Origin: Polyangiaceae bacterium
GTDB lineage: Bacteria; Myxococcota_A; Polyangia; Polyangiales; Polyangiaceae
Length of the DNA: 64,000 nt
NCBI GenBank assembly: GCA_965222375.1
Contig: CBDCTZ010000014.1
Coordinates: 1,152,001-1,216,000 of the forward strand
Direction: 5' to 3'
The notes under the pieces are model-generated. The model made no database searches. It was not told the DNA's origin and saw only the letters and a list, made by a program, of their open reading frames with translations. Shown here piece after piece: positions 9,497 through 19,160 of the stretch (positions are counted from its first letter, which is position 1; the number at the start of each line of letters is the position of its first letter). Both the position numbers and the translations under genes were made by a program.

Positions 9497-10491
9497 AATT
9501 CTCCGCGCACACTCAGGCCGCCCGCGTTGGGCGAAAGCCAAGGAGATGCGGTCAAGCGCCGCCGCCCCGTCGCGTGATTGCTGCTAGGCGCCGTGAGAAT
9601 CAGGGTTGCCCCGACCGCCGTCGCCACCACGCCGCCAATGCCGACCCATTGGCCGATCTCCGCGAAAGACTTGGCGGAATCAGCGGCATCCAGACCCTTG
9701 TTGCTGCAAAAGCGCTCAGCACAGGCGTCGGCTTCATCCGCCTCGCTCTTCTTGCTCAGCGCCACCACGCCGAATCCCACGCCGGTCAGAACCGCGGCGA
9801 CGCCAACACCGCCCACCACGTAGCCGATCGTCTTCTGAGAACTCGAGACAGGCCCCCGATCCGGTCCCGGGCCCGGTCCGCCCCCCGGCGGCGCGGGCGC
9901 TGGCGGTGGGAACTGCTTGTCCAAGGCGACTAAGTCGAAGCTCACGTTCTGCTGCTGGGCTTCCGCCAGATCGACGCGTTTTTCTTGCAAGACCTTGTCG
10001 CCGCGACGCACGACTAGCTTGTGCCTGCCCGGATCGACCGGGAGCGCCAGGTTGTACGCGCCGGGCTCGACGCGTACTCCATCTCGGTACACGTCCAGGG
10101 CCGCCACCGGTTGCGCGATAGCCACAGTGAGTTTCGGCAGCCGCGGCACCAGCGCGTCACGCCGCTCGGTTGCAAAGCCGACGCGGTCGTCGCCCATCCG
10201 CTTGGCCATTTCCACGGCCTCGCCCCACTCCGCCCAAGAGGACGCGACCTTGCCGACATTCTCGTGGCAGTCCGCCAGATTCAGCAGAGTGCCGAGAGTG
10301 CGATCCAACTTGTAGCTGGCTTGGAACTTGGGGCAAGCGTCCTTGTAGTTGCCTTGAGCGGTGAGCCCCTTGGCTTCCACGAAAAGCGCTTCCGCCGCTG
10401 CAGCATTTTCACCCGCAGCCTTCGCACCCGGTGAAGTCAGGAGCACCACCAAGCACAAGCAGGGTCCGGCGATCTTTTTGTAGGGCAGCAT
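9493..10491 (-). CDS. TPR + PEGA-like exported protein (myxobacterial kinase-associated)
   Basis: AAAEALF...ACPKFQASYKLD...GTLLNLADCHE TPR motif, LPVDPGRH PEGA-like segment, C-terminal hydrophobic helices. Confidence 0.85.
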   Translation of the reverse strand: MLPYKKIAGPCLCLVVLLTSPGAKAAGENAAAAEALFVEAKGLTAQGNYKDACPKFQASYKLDRTLGTLLNLADCHENVGKVASSWAEWGEAVEMAKRMGDDRVGFATERRDALVPRLPKLTVAIAQPVAALDVYRDGVRVEPGAYNLALPVDPGRHKLVVRRGDKVLQEKRVDLAEAQQQNVSFDLVALDKQFPPPAPAPPGGGPGPGPDRGPVSSSQKTIGYVVGGVGVAAVLTGVGFGVVALSKKSEADEADACAERFCSNKGLDAADSAKSFAEIGQWVGIGGVVATAVGATLILTAPSSNHATGRRRLTASPWLSPNAGGLSVRGEL

Positions 10492-11924
10492 CAATGTCGT
10501 CCGCTAAGGGGGTCGGGTTTGGGGGCAGGAGCGGTGGTCGTGGCGGTGGCCGTAGGTGTGACGGCTGGGGTCGGCGTGGGTTTGGGGGCGGTTGGCTTGG
10601 CCGTCGGGCGGGGGCCAGGCCAAACCGGTCGTGGAGCCGCGGGCTTATTGGGCTGCACCGAGGCAGATGGCGGAGCTGCTACTCCCGCATCTTCGGCGGG
10701 TGGTTCCGCCGCGGCGTCAGGCGTGAGCTGCGGGGTCACCGTGGGCGTCGTCGGCGTGGGCGCGGTGGCGGCGTTGCCGGAGGGCTCCGAGGTGGGTGAG
10801 GTTGGCGCGGAGCGTACCGAGATGGCCGCAACGACTCCAATGATCGCAAGCGCGCCGATGCCCGCTGCCACAAACACCCTCGACTTGGGTTTGCCTGGTG
10901 CAACCTGAGCCGTGAGCGTGTCCGAGCCAATCGCGCCGTGGGAACTCGCTACCGCGGTTTCGGCCAATGCGCTGGAGGTCCGTTCATGGGGATCGGATTC
11001 CGGCGGCGGGATCGCATGCTGAGACGAGCTCACCAGGTCTCGAATCCCGAGAGCCTGTCCGAGTTCTCGCACCGCCTTTCCGGCGGATGCAAAACGGTCG
11101 ACGGTTTCGCGTGCACAGCAACGCCTGAACCAAGCGTCGAAGGCGGGTCCGAGCTCGGAACCGCGCTCGCTCGGTACGGGCAGGGGCTCGTAGGCAATTT
11201 GAGCAATCAGGTGGGGCAGCGTTTCTGCAGTCCAAGGCTCGGAGCCCACAAGTAGCTTGTGAGCGATGATCCCCAGCGCCCAAACATCCGTCTGGGGAGA
11301 AATCCGGTCAGTTCGCCCGAGGGTCTGCTCGGGCGACATATACAAAGGCGTTCCAAACACTTCGCCAGTCGCCGTGTTGGAAGGCATGCCGCTGCCCGAG
11401 GCCTCGGTCAGCTTGGCGATGCCGAAATCCAGTAGCTTCACGCACGGCGAGCCGTCGTCTCGCAAGGTCAGGATCAGGTTTTCGGGCTTGATGTCCCGAT
11501 GGATGATCCCCAGTCTGTGGGCGCGGTCCAGAGCGCGGGCGATCTGACGTAGGTAGGTCAGCGCTTCCTCGGCTTCGATGCGGCCGCGGCGCTCGAGCAT
11601 GTCGTCGAAGCTCTCGCCGCGGACCAGCTCCATCACCAGAAACGGGGCGTCGTCCAACTCCGCTGCGACATCCGCGTCCGTGACTTTGACCACATGGTCA
11701 CTGTCGATGCGGGCCGGCGCGCGGGACTCACGTCGGAACCGCTCCAGCGCAATCGCATCCGTGGTCAGCTTGGGATCGAGCAGCTTCATCGCCAAGCGGT
11801 GCCCCGTCACCTCGTGCTCCACTTCGTATACGGAGCCCATGCCTCCTTTACCGAGTCGTCGTTCGATTCGGTAGCGACCGCCGACCACTGTGCCGGGGGG
11901 GATTTCGTCGCTCTGACCGGTCAT
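10491..11924 (-). CDS. Transmembrane Hanks-type Ser/Thr protein kinase
   Basis: LGKGGMGSVY, HRDIKPEN, DFGIAK, GTPLYMSPEQ, DVWALG; one TM helix and Pro/Thr-rich tail. Confidence 0.95.
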   Translation of the reverse strand: MTGQSDEIPPGTVVGGRYRIERRLGKGGMGSVYEVEHEVTGHRLAMKLLDPKLTTDAIALERFRRESRAPARIDSDHVVKVTDADVAAELDDAPFLVMELVRGESFDDMLERRGRIEAEEALTYLRQIARALDRAHRLGIIHRDIKPENLILTLRDDGSPCVKLLDFGIAKLTEASGSGMPSNTATGEVFGTPLYMSPEQTLGRTDRISPQTDVWALGIIAHKLLVGSEPWTAETLPHLIAQIAYEPLPVPSERGSELGPAFDAWFRRCCARETVDRFASAGKAVRELGQALGIRDLVSSSQHAIPPPESDPHERTSSALAETAVASSHGAIGSDTLTAQVAPGKPKSRVFVAAGIGALAIIGVVAAISVRSAPTSPTSEPSGNAATAPTPTTPTVTPQLTPDAAAEPPAEDAGVAAPPSASVQPNKPAAPRPVWPGPRPTAKPTAPKPTPTPAVTPTATATTTAPAPKPDPLSGRH

Positions 11925-12121
11925 GCTTCAAGAAAAAAGGTGAACGATTTGCCGCAAAAGGCTATCACGCGCCCTCGCAGGCAGGCCAGCTGCGGGCCGC
12001 TATTGCATTCAGTTTCCGAGTAAATCCCGGAAACTTCCGCCGCACGCCTCGGAGCCGTCGCCGCTTCGCGCGTAATGTGCGCCGTTGGCGCGTGTTCCGA
12101 TAGAATTTGCCTCCTCGAGAA

Positions 12122-13309
12122 ATGGACCCCCACTTCCATCAATGGATTTCGCTGCTGATTCGTTGGCTGCACATCATCGCGGGAATCGCCTGGATCGGTA
12201 GCTCCTTCTACTTCAATTGGCTGGACGGAAACCTACGCAAGCCCGAGCGCGAAGAAGATGCCGAGGGCCTGGCTGGGGAGTTGTGGTCCGTTCACGGCGG
12301 AGGCTTCTACGTCGTGCAAAAGTTTCAGGTCGCTCCCGAGCGGCTGCCGAAAACTCTGCACTGGATCAAGTGGGAGGCCTACACCACGTGGATCAGCGGG
12401 TTCTTTTTGCTTGGTTTCGTCTACTACATGGGTGGTCGCGCCTATTTGATAGACGTGGACCAGTCGCCCGTGAGTTTCGGTGCGGCCGTGGGCATCGGAC
12501 TCGGTTCACTGGCCGTTGGCTGGATCATCTACCATCTGCTGGCCGACACACCGCTGGTGCGGGTACCTCTGGCATTCGCCGCGGTGGGCTTTGCACTAGC
12601 GATGGCTGCCGCCTTTGGTCTGTTGCAGATCTTCACGAACCGCGCCGCCTTCATCCACATGGGAGCCATCATCGGCACCATCATGGCGGCCAACGTCTTT
12701 TTCGTGATCATCCCAGGCCAGCGCAAGCTCGTGGATGCTTTGCGAGCGGGCAAAGAACCGGATGCCGCGAGTGGCGCCCGCGCCAAGCAGCGCTCCCTAC
12801 ACAACAACTACATGACCCTGCCGGTGCTGTTCATCATGATCAGCAACCACTACCCGCACACCTTCGAGCACCAATTCAATTGGATCGTGCTAGCGGCGAT
12901 CTCACTGATTGGCGCAGGGGCGCGTCATTGGTTCAACTTGCGCAACCAAGGTCGCCAGAACCGTTGGCTGCTGCCGGCCGCAGCGCTTGCGATGCTCGCC
13001 CTGATCATCGCTTCCAAACCGAAAGCCGCCAGCACCGAGGGCCAGACGGTGGCGTACTCGGATGTTTGGAACGTCATCTCCCAGCGCTGCGCAACCTGCC
13101 ACTCCGCCAACCCCACCGACGACATCTTCAAGTCAGCGCCCAACGGAGTCATCTTCGACACCGGCGAGCAGATCCGAGCCTACGCACCCCAAATCAATCA
13201 GCGCTCCGTACTGACCCAGAGCATGCCCTTGGGCAACAAGACCAAGATGACGCCCGGGGAGCGAGAGCTTCTCGGGCGTTGGATCGCTCAGGGCGCGCCC
13301 ATCGACTAG
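12122..13309 (+). CDS. puuD: Membrane urate hydroxylase PuuD with C-terminal cytochrome c domain
   Basis: RWLHIIAGIAWIGSSFYF, LWSVHGGGFY, LHWIKWEAY, KQRSLHNNYMTLPV motifs; CATCH and MPLGN. Confidence 0.88.
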   Translation: MDPHFHQWISLLIRWLHIIAGIAWIGSSFYFNWLDGNLRKPEREEDAEGLAGELWSVHGGGFYVVQKFQVAPERLPKTLHWIKWEAYTTWISGFFLLGFVYYMGGRAYLIDVDQSPVSFGAAVGIGLGSLAVGWIIYHLLADTPLVRVPLAFAAVGFALAMAAAFGLLQIFTNRAAFIHMGAIIGTIMAANVFFVIIPGQRKLVDALRAGKEPDAASGARAKQRSLHNNYMTLPVLFIMISNHYPHTFEHQFNWIVLAAISLIGAGARHWFNLRNQGRQNRWLLPAAALAMLALIIASKPKAASTEGQTVAYSDVWNVISQRCATCHSANPTDDIFKSAPNGVIFDTGEQIRAYAPQINQRSVLTQSMPLGNKTKMTPGERELLGRWIAQGAPID

Positions 13310-13524
13310 CTGTCGACCCTCTCTTGTGAATGGGAGAGTGAACAGGAAGGTGGGGAAGGTTGGGAAGGAAGAGGGTTTGGGTCTGTTCGGATCTGTAACT
13401 CCATGTAACGGAGCCTGAGCCGGTCTCGCGACAGAGCCCCATCGACCCGCTGTCGACTCGCGTACGCGCGCATACGCGAGTGGGAGAATGAACAGGAAGG
13501 CGGGAAGGTTGGGAAGGAAGAGGG
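13298..13524. repeat. Imperfect tandem direct repeat with purine-rich core
   Basis: CCCATCGAC-N3-CTGTCGAC at 13298 and 13438; TGGGAGARTGAACAGGAAGG...GGGAAGGTTGGGAAGGAAGAGGG at 13331 and 13481; inverted repeat CTCGCGTA/TACGCGAG 13457-13480. Confidence 0.85.
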
Positions 13525-13642
13525 AGCGGGATGGCTCGCGGCGTTGGGCGGACGCGGGCCTCGCGTCTCGAGCTGGGCCGTGCAGTGCGGATGCAGCTCG
13601 ATTGGGAGCGCTCGGGCCTGGTTCCTTTACAGGGAGCGGTAA

Positions 13643-13810
13643 ATCCGAGCAGACCTTGCGGGTCTGGTTGCGACTGGGCTCCGCAACAAGGACATCGCGA
13701 TTGCTCTCGGAATCAGTCTAGCTACCGTGAAGGACCACGTGCACCGGATCCTGACCAAGACGGGCTTGGATAGCCGAGCGGCCGTCGCCGCGAACTGGGC
13801 TGAACCCTAA
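13643..13810 (+). pseudogene. Truncated LuxR-family HTH remnant
   Basis: Frame reads LVATGLRNKDIAIALGISLATVKDHVHRILTKTGLDSRAAVA; in-frame TAA at 13640-13642 removes the N-terminus; absent from ORF track. Confidence 0.75.
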
Positions 13811-16541
13811 GCAGAATCGTCGTCGTCGTCGGAAGTTCCGGACTTCACCGCGTCCGTCTCGTCTTCCGACTCCGAGTCTGAGTCGCCTCCTTCCGCGGAC
13901 GTTGTGTCCGCGTCGTCGCTGGCGTTCGTGTCGGAGCTTTCGTCGTCGTCGGCCTCGTCGTCCGGGTCGGAATTGTCGCTCGCCTCTGCGCCCTCGTCCA
14001 GTTGCGCCGGGGCGCCCGATTCCGCTTCGTCGCTTGCGTCCGAGTCGTTGTCCGATGCAGCGTCGTCGTCAGATTCCGGGTCGTCGTTGGCCTTCCCATT
14101 CTCGTCGCTCGCGGCGGGCGAGGACGAGCGGTCGTCTTGGGCGTCGGTCGCGTCTGGGGCGGAATCCAAGAGCTGCGCCGAAGCGCCCCCGGCGCCTGCC
14201 AGTTCGGGTTCGAGCAACGCCATCACGCCGCGCTCCTCCGCCATGTCTTGGATCAGCAGGCAGAGCAGTCCGACGGTCACGCCGACGAAGAGCAACACCG
14301 CGGCAAAATGGAAGTGCAGGCCGAGATCGGATTCCCGCGTCGTCCAGTATTGCGCTGCGCAGACGAAGAGGAATGCGCTCCACATCAAGGCGTCACCAAA
14401 GGCCACGGGCCGTGCTCCGCGGATGCGTCGCTCGATGGAGATGAGCGGCATCAGGAAGATGAAGTGGATGTAGTAGTTCGCCGGGTGGAATGCGACGGGG
14501 ATCATGATCAACCCCAGCGTAGCCACGGCCACGAAGGCGCGCTTGCGCGCGGCTAGGATGATCAGGCCAACGTAGAGAGCGATACCAGTCACGTAGACCG
14601 GAACGCGGCCGCGCAAGATGCGGTTGTGAACACCATCCGGCCCTCCCACGAGGCCTCGCCAGCTGACGTGGTTCACGTGGGGATCCTTGTTCAACAGCGA
14701 AACCTTGTGCAGCCACTCCGTCCAAGCGTCGAAGGACAGCACCAACGAAGAGATCAAGAACAACACCGCGACGGTGACCGTGGCCCCAAGGGCCACCCGA
14801 AGGAAGGGCCGCTGGGCGACCAGGATCTCCCCCAGCTTTGGCATGGCCTTTTTTTCGCGGATCTGTGCCACGAGCCAATAGCCCACAGGGATCCCCAGTG
14901 CGATCAGCGCCATGGCGGGGAACGCGCGGATCATGGCCGAAGCAGCGAGAAACGCGCCGCCCAGCACCCAATGCTCTTTGCGCAGAGCGCACAAACCTAG
15001 GGCAAGGTAGGCCATCCAATCGTGACGCAAGGTGGCGCCAGCCCAATTGGTGCCGAACATGTAGAAGTCGTTGGCGCCCCACAGCACCATGGATACGAAC
15101 ATAGTGCGCAAGCCGAAGGTGCGACCGATCGCGATGAACGCGATCAGCAGCAGCAGAGGATCCAGCATCGCCGCCGCGAAGAGAGTCTTGTTGCTCGCCG
15201 TGGTGCTGGCGAAAATGTAGTGCCCGAGTGTCAACCAAACCGGCGTCGCGTTGCCACCGTGGTCATGCATGCTGCCTAGGTAGTCGCGGACTCCCATGTT
15301 TTCGCGGAAGTAGCGCATGTCCACGACAAACTTGTCCCAGCGCTCCGGGGAAAAGCGTCCCTTGACCGCCTCGATGTCCGTCCGTCTTTGCGCAACGCTG
15401 GTCATGCGGTGCGTCTTCAGGTCGCGGAACTGCACGTGGGCGAGGGAGTCTAGAGACGCGTTTGGGTCGTCATCGGCGTAGGCTGCGACACTGGCCATGT
15501 ACAGGCCATCGAAGCGCAGCTCTTTGAAGTACTTCGCGACGGGGTAGTACACCCGCATGTCGAAGTTGTGCACGAAGCTGGGTTCGTTCAGCTTGTGATC
15601 CAAATACTGGGGCGCCCAAGGTTGAAGAAGGACGCGACGGATACCACCGCACATACCCCCAAAACCGCCAAAATAGCCGTGCCGTTGGCTCGAAACTTAC
15701 GAGGCGCGAAGGCCTCCCGCAGGACCGCGATCAATGCGGTCAGCGCCATAGTGCCGCGCAGTAGAGCGACTTGCCGCTGCGCCACGGGCCAATCGTCTTG
15801 AAGCGCGCGGCTCAGCTCCCATGCTCCGAACACGGGAATCAACAGCACTAGCAACGTCCACCAGATTGGTGCGCCGGAATAGGCGAGCAAGGCGAAGCCG
15901 GCCAGAGAGAGGCCGAAGCTGAGCGTCAGGTTGCGCATGCGCTCGTCCGGCGGGATACCGGGTCGTTCCGGGAGCTTCGGGGGCCAGGGGTCGGGCTTGG
16001 CCTGGAAGAGTTGGACCTCACTGATGGAGTAGGAAGCGTCTCCGGCTGTAGCCGTGATCCGAACATAGCGGCCGGACGCATTCAGACTGTCTGCGAGCCG
16101 AGGCTGGATGCCGCTGCCTCCCGTAGCCCCGGCTTCCCACAGCGGTTGGTAGTTCTCTCCGTCCTTCGAGATGGTCAGGGCGTAGCTATCGTTACCGTCA
16201 CCCAGTAGGTAACCAGCGGTGACGGTCAGCTCTTCTCCCAGGTCGTACTCCACGAAGGATGACCTGGAGCGGAACACGGCGGTGCGATCGGTTTTCCAAT
16301 GGTCGCCGCGTGTGGACGCAGCGCCATCGGTCAGCCGCCCGGGCCGCGCCACGCCCTTGGACTTCACGGGCAGCCGCCCCGCAAGGAGGTTGGGGCTCGA
16401 GGATTGCGCGGTGCTCTGAGTCGGCCAAGCGGTTACGCCCGCGGCCAGCCACAGGATGAACGTACACAGCAACAACGCGACCTTCGAGCGGCGCGTTCGG
16501 CCACCGCGGACCGCATCGGCTGTCTGGCCCTCGCTCCTCAC
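13807..16541 (-). pseudogene. Frameshifted (or mis-assembled) gene: discoidin/F5-8-like domain + multi-TM GT-C-like membrane protein with acidic tail
   Basis: ORFs 15588-16541 and 13807-15654 join into one frame (...FFNLGRP-QYLDHKLNEP...) if one base is added at the G4 run near 15609-15612. Confidence 0.7.
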
Positions 16542-16595
16542 GGGCGGGAGAATGTCTTAGGACGCCGCCCCAAGTCTACTGGATGCTGCAACCGC

Positions 16596-16928
16596 TTATT
16601 TGCCGCGGCGAGCGCGACTGGCAGGCGCCGTGGCGCGGCGGGTTGTGCGCCTTTTCAGCTGGCTATCGGGCTTCTGCCGATTGCTGCTGCCACGGGTGGA
16701 TTTTCGACTCGGGCTCTTGCTGGAGTCCTCCAGGGCGAAGCTGGCTTTCTTGTCTGCCGACTTGGAGAAGTTCCTCTTGGCGGAGGACTTGCCGCCTGCT
16801 CTTTTGTCCGACGCGCTCACCCCGGGCTCGGACGTGTCTACGTTGGCCTTCTTCCTCTTCTTCTTGGAAGGCGCCTTGGGCGCGGGCCGGGTTTGGTCAC
16901 GTTTGAACTTGAGTGCTTTTCTGAGCAT
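16596..16928 (-). CDS. Small highly basic Lys/Arg/Ser-rich hypothetical protein
   Basis: ATG 16928; VDTSEPGVSASDKRAG...ALEDS...PSRKSTR; fills the gap between flanking genes. Confidence 0.65.
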   Translation of the reverse strand: MLRKALKFKRDQTRPAPKAPSKKKRKKANVDTSEPGVSASDKRAGGKSSAKRNFSKSADKKASFALEDSSKSPSRKSTRGSSNRQKPDSQLKRRTTRRATAPASRARRGK

Positions 16929-17049
16929 AGGGAATCCGTTTCGGTGCCGCGGCGGCAGACTGCTCGGACACGTTACCACTGTGGCCGCGTTTTGAAAGCC
17001 AGGCACTTTCGGGGTTTGTGAGCGTCGCGTCGAGTATGCTCCCCTCGCC

Positions 17050-18258
17050 ATGAGCCCCCGGGCACTGCTCTTCATCACAGTTTTCAACAGCATTCTGGGG
17101 CTCAGTGTGCTGTTTCCGGTGTTGCCGCCCCTGGGGCGTGCTCTCGGGCTCAGCGAGTTGGAGGTGGGCTCGCTGTCCACCAGCTACGCGTTGATGCAGT
17201 TTTTGCTGAGCCCCATGTGGGGTCGACGCAGCGAGCGGGTCGGGCGCAAGCCCGTGCTCATGATGGGCATCGTCGGGTTTTCCGCCAGCTTCGCTTTGTT
17301 TGCGGTGGTTGCCCGCCTAGGGCTCGGGGGGCACTTCGGTCACGCGGCGATCTTTGGTGGTTTGCTCGTCGCGCGACTGATCGGTGGTGCGTTTTCTTCC
17401 GCCACCCTGCCTACGGCGCAGGCCTATATCGCTGACACCACCGGGCGCGCTGATCGCACCGCAGGCATGGCCCTGGTGGGCGCCGCCTTTGGCCTGGGCG
17501 TCGTTTTTGGCCCCGCCCTCGGCGGTGCGCTGGCGGCCATATCCCTGCTCACCCCGGTTTACTTCTCCGCCGGCTTTGCTCTGCTCAACGCCGCCTTCGT
17601 CTGGTTCAAGTTGCCTGAACCGAAGAAGCACGTCGCGCTTTCTACGGAGGCTCGCTCCGGCGCGCTGACCAAGCGCTTGTGGCCGCTACTCATGGTGGGG
17701 TTGTCTCTGTCGCTGTCGTCGGTGGCGATGGAGCAGACGGTGGCCTTCTACTACCAAGATCGCCTTTCTCTCGACGCCCAGGCCACGGCCAAAACCGTGG
17801 GCCTCGCCCTGGTGTTTTATGGAATCGTCGCGGTCTTCGCCCAGGGCTACATCGTGCGTCGGACCGGGCTGTCGCCGGCGACATTGATGCGCTTGGGGGT
17901 TCCCATTGCCCTGGTTGGCTTCGTGGGGTTGATCTTCGCCCATAGCTTCTGGGAGCTCACCGCTGCCCTGGCCGTTCAAGGCTTGGGCCAAGGTTTGGCG
18001 ATGCCCGGTGTGAGCGCCGCCGTGTCTCTGAGTGTCAAGGACAATGAGCAAGGTGCGGCCGCTGGGCTCAACAGCTCGTCCCACGCTCTGGGTCGCATGT
18101 TGGGACCGGTCGCGGGCACCAGTCTGTATCAACTCCGTCCCGAGTACCCGTATTGGTTTTCCGCGGGCCTGCTCACGCTGCTCTTGGTTTGCCTGGCCTT
18201 CGTGAGTCGCAGCCTGCCCCGGGGTCGCGACCCTGCCGCCCAGCCCCCATCGGGCTAG
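17050..18258 (+). CDS. MFS transporter (TetA/DHA1-like efflux)
   Basis: About 12 hydrophobic segments; motif A WGRRSERVGRKPVL; AQAYIADTT; GVVFGPALGG. Confidence 0.92.
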   Translation: MSPRALLFITVFNSILGLSVLFPVLPPLGRALGLSELEVGSLSTSYALMQFLLSPMWGRRSERVGRKPVLMMGIVGFSASFALFAVVARLGLGGHFGHAAIFGGLLVARLIGGAFSSATLPTAQAYIADTTGRADRTAGMALVGAAFGLGVVFGPALGGALAAISLLTPVYFSAGFALLNAAFVWFKLPEPKKHVALSTEARSGALTKRLWPLLMVGLSLSLSSVAMEQTVAFYYQDRLSLDAQATAKTVGLALVFYGIVAVFAQGYIVRRTGLSPATLMRLGVPIALVGFVGLIFAHSFWELTAALAVQGLGQGLAMPGVSAAVSLSVKDNEQGAAAGLNSSSHALGRMLGPVAGTSLYQLRPEYPYWFSAGLLTLLLVCLAFVSRSLPRGRDPAAQPPSG

Positions 18259-18292
18259 TGAGTCGGCGCAGTTTGGGCTTGGGGCAACGTGT

Positions 18293-19105
18293 CTAGTTGC
18301 TGCGCAAGTAGTCGATCGCTTGGTCCAGTTGCGCGGCGCCCATGCTGTGCCCGCCGCGCTTGCGCACGCCCTCCTTGTGAGGCCAGCCGAGGGACTTGAG
18401 CGCCTTGGCTAGTCCCTTGGGCGCCTTGTGCGCGCGATCTTTGAGCCCATAGCCGACGTAGATCGGCGGCCGCCGGGTCGTTCCTCGAGCGGGTCCCACC
18501 AAGTACTTGGCGCCTGCGCCGCCTGCGAACATGCCGTAGCCGTTGACAGGGAGCGTGCCGAGCAGTGCCAGAGCTGTGGCGAAGTAGGCGCCGTTCGAAA
18601 AGCCGATCACGAGCACTTTCCGAAAAGGAGCCTTCTGACGCTCCTCGAGCTTCTTCCGGGCGCTTTTCCACTCCGCGAATAGCTCGGCTTGCACCGCCCG
18701 CTGGGCCCGCACGGATGTGGGCCATGTCCACCAGTCCTTCATTTGCGCCGGCCCGATCCCCCGCCGCCCCCGAGGCATCAGTACGCTGAAGCCCTTTCGT
18801 TTGGCGGAGCGGACGATGGCGTTTTGCTGGGCCCACTGCCAGTTCGTGTCCGGCTTGATCACGCCGTGGAGAAAAACCACCAGAGTTTTGTCCGCTCCCG
18901 GCTTGTCGGGTGAAAAAGCGCACATGCCGTCGCCCAGGGTTTCCAGGCCGTTGGCGCACCAGGGAGCTTTCGGCTGCAGTGGTGCTGGCGCCGCCGGTGC
19001 GTCCGGCGTCACTGGATTGTCAGTTTCTGCACGCGCCGCGCTGGGGATCCCTAACGCCAACACGAGCCCTACGGCCGCCACCACTGGAAAACCCGTCTGG
19101 CTCAT
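18293..19105 (-). CDS. Secreted alpha/beta hydrolase (esterase-like)
   Basis: Signal peptide; LVVFLHG, nucleophile elbow GFSNG, C-terminal GGH. Confidence 0.8.
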   Translation of the reverse strand: MSQTGFPVVAAVGLVLALGIPSAARAETDNPVTPDAPAAPAPLQPKAPWCANGLETLGDGMCAFSPDKPGADKTLVVFLHGVIKPDTNWQWAQQNAIVRSAKRKGFSVLMPRGRRGIGPAQMKDWWTWPTSVRAQRAVQAELFAEWKSARKKLEERQKAPFRKVLVIGFSNGAYFATALALLGTLPVNGYGMFAGGAGAKYLVGPARGTTRRPPIYVGYGLKDRAHKAPKGLAKALKSLGWPHKEGVRKRGGHSMGAAQLDQAIDYLRSN

Positions 19106-19107
19106 CC

Positions 19108-19123
19108 CGGCACGGTGATTGCT
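19108..19123 (+). promoter_or_regulatory. Putative sigma54 promoter
   Basis: CGGCACGgtgaTTGCT, GG-N10-GC; followed by purine-rich RBS and ATG 19161. Confidence 0.6.
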
Positions 19124-19160
19124 CTGTGGTGTGTGTGCGACGGATGAAAGGAAGGCAAAG

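Noticed and set aside
12217..13329. 370-aa alternative-frame ORF over puuD, and similar long shadow ORFs (35309-36742, 38496-39800, 39520-40725, 58048-59385)
   Set aside because: Off-frame or antisense shadows typical of high-GC coding DNA, with no recognisable motifs
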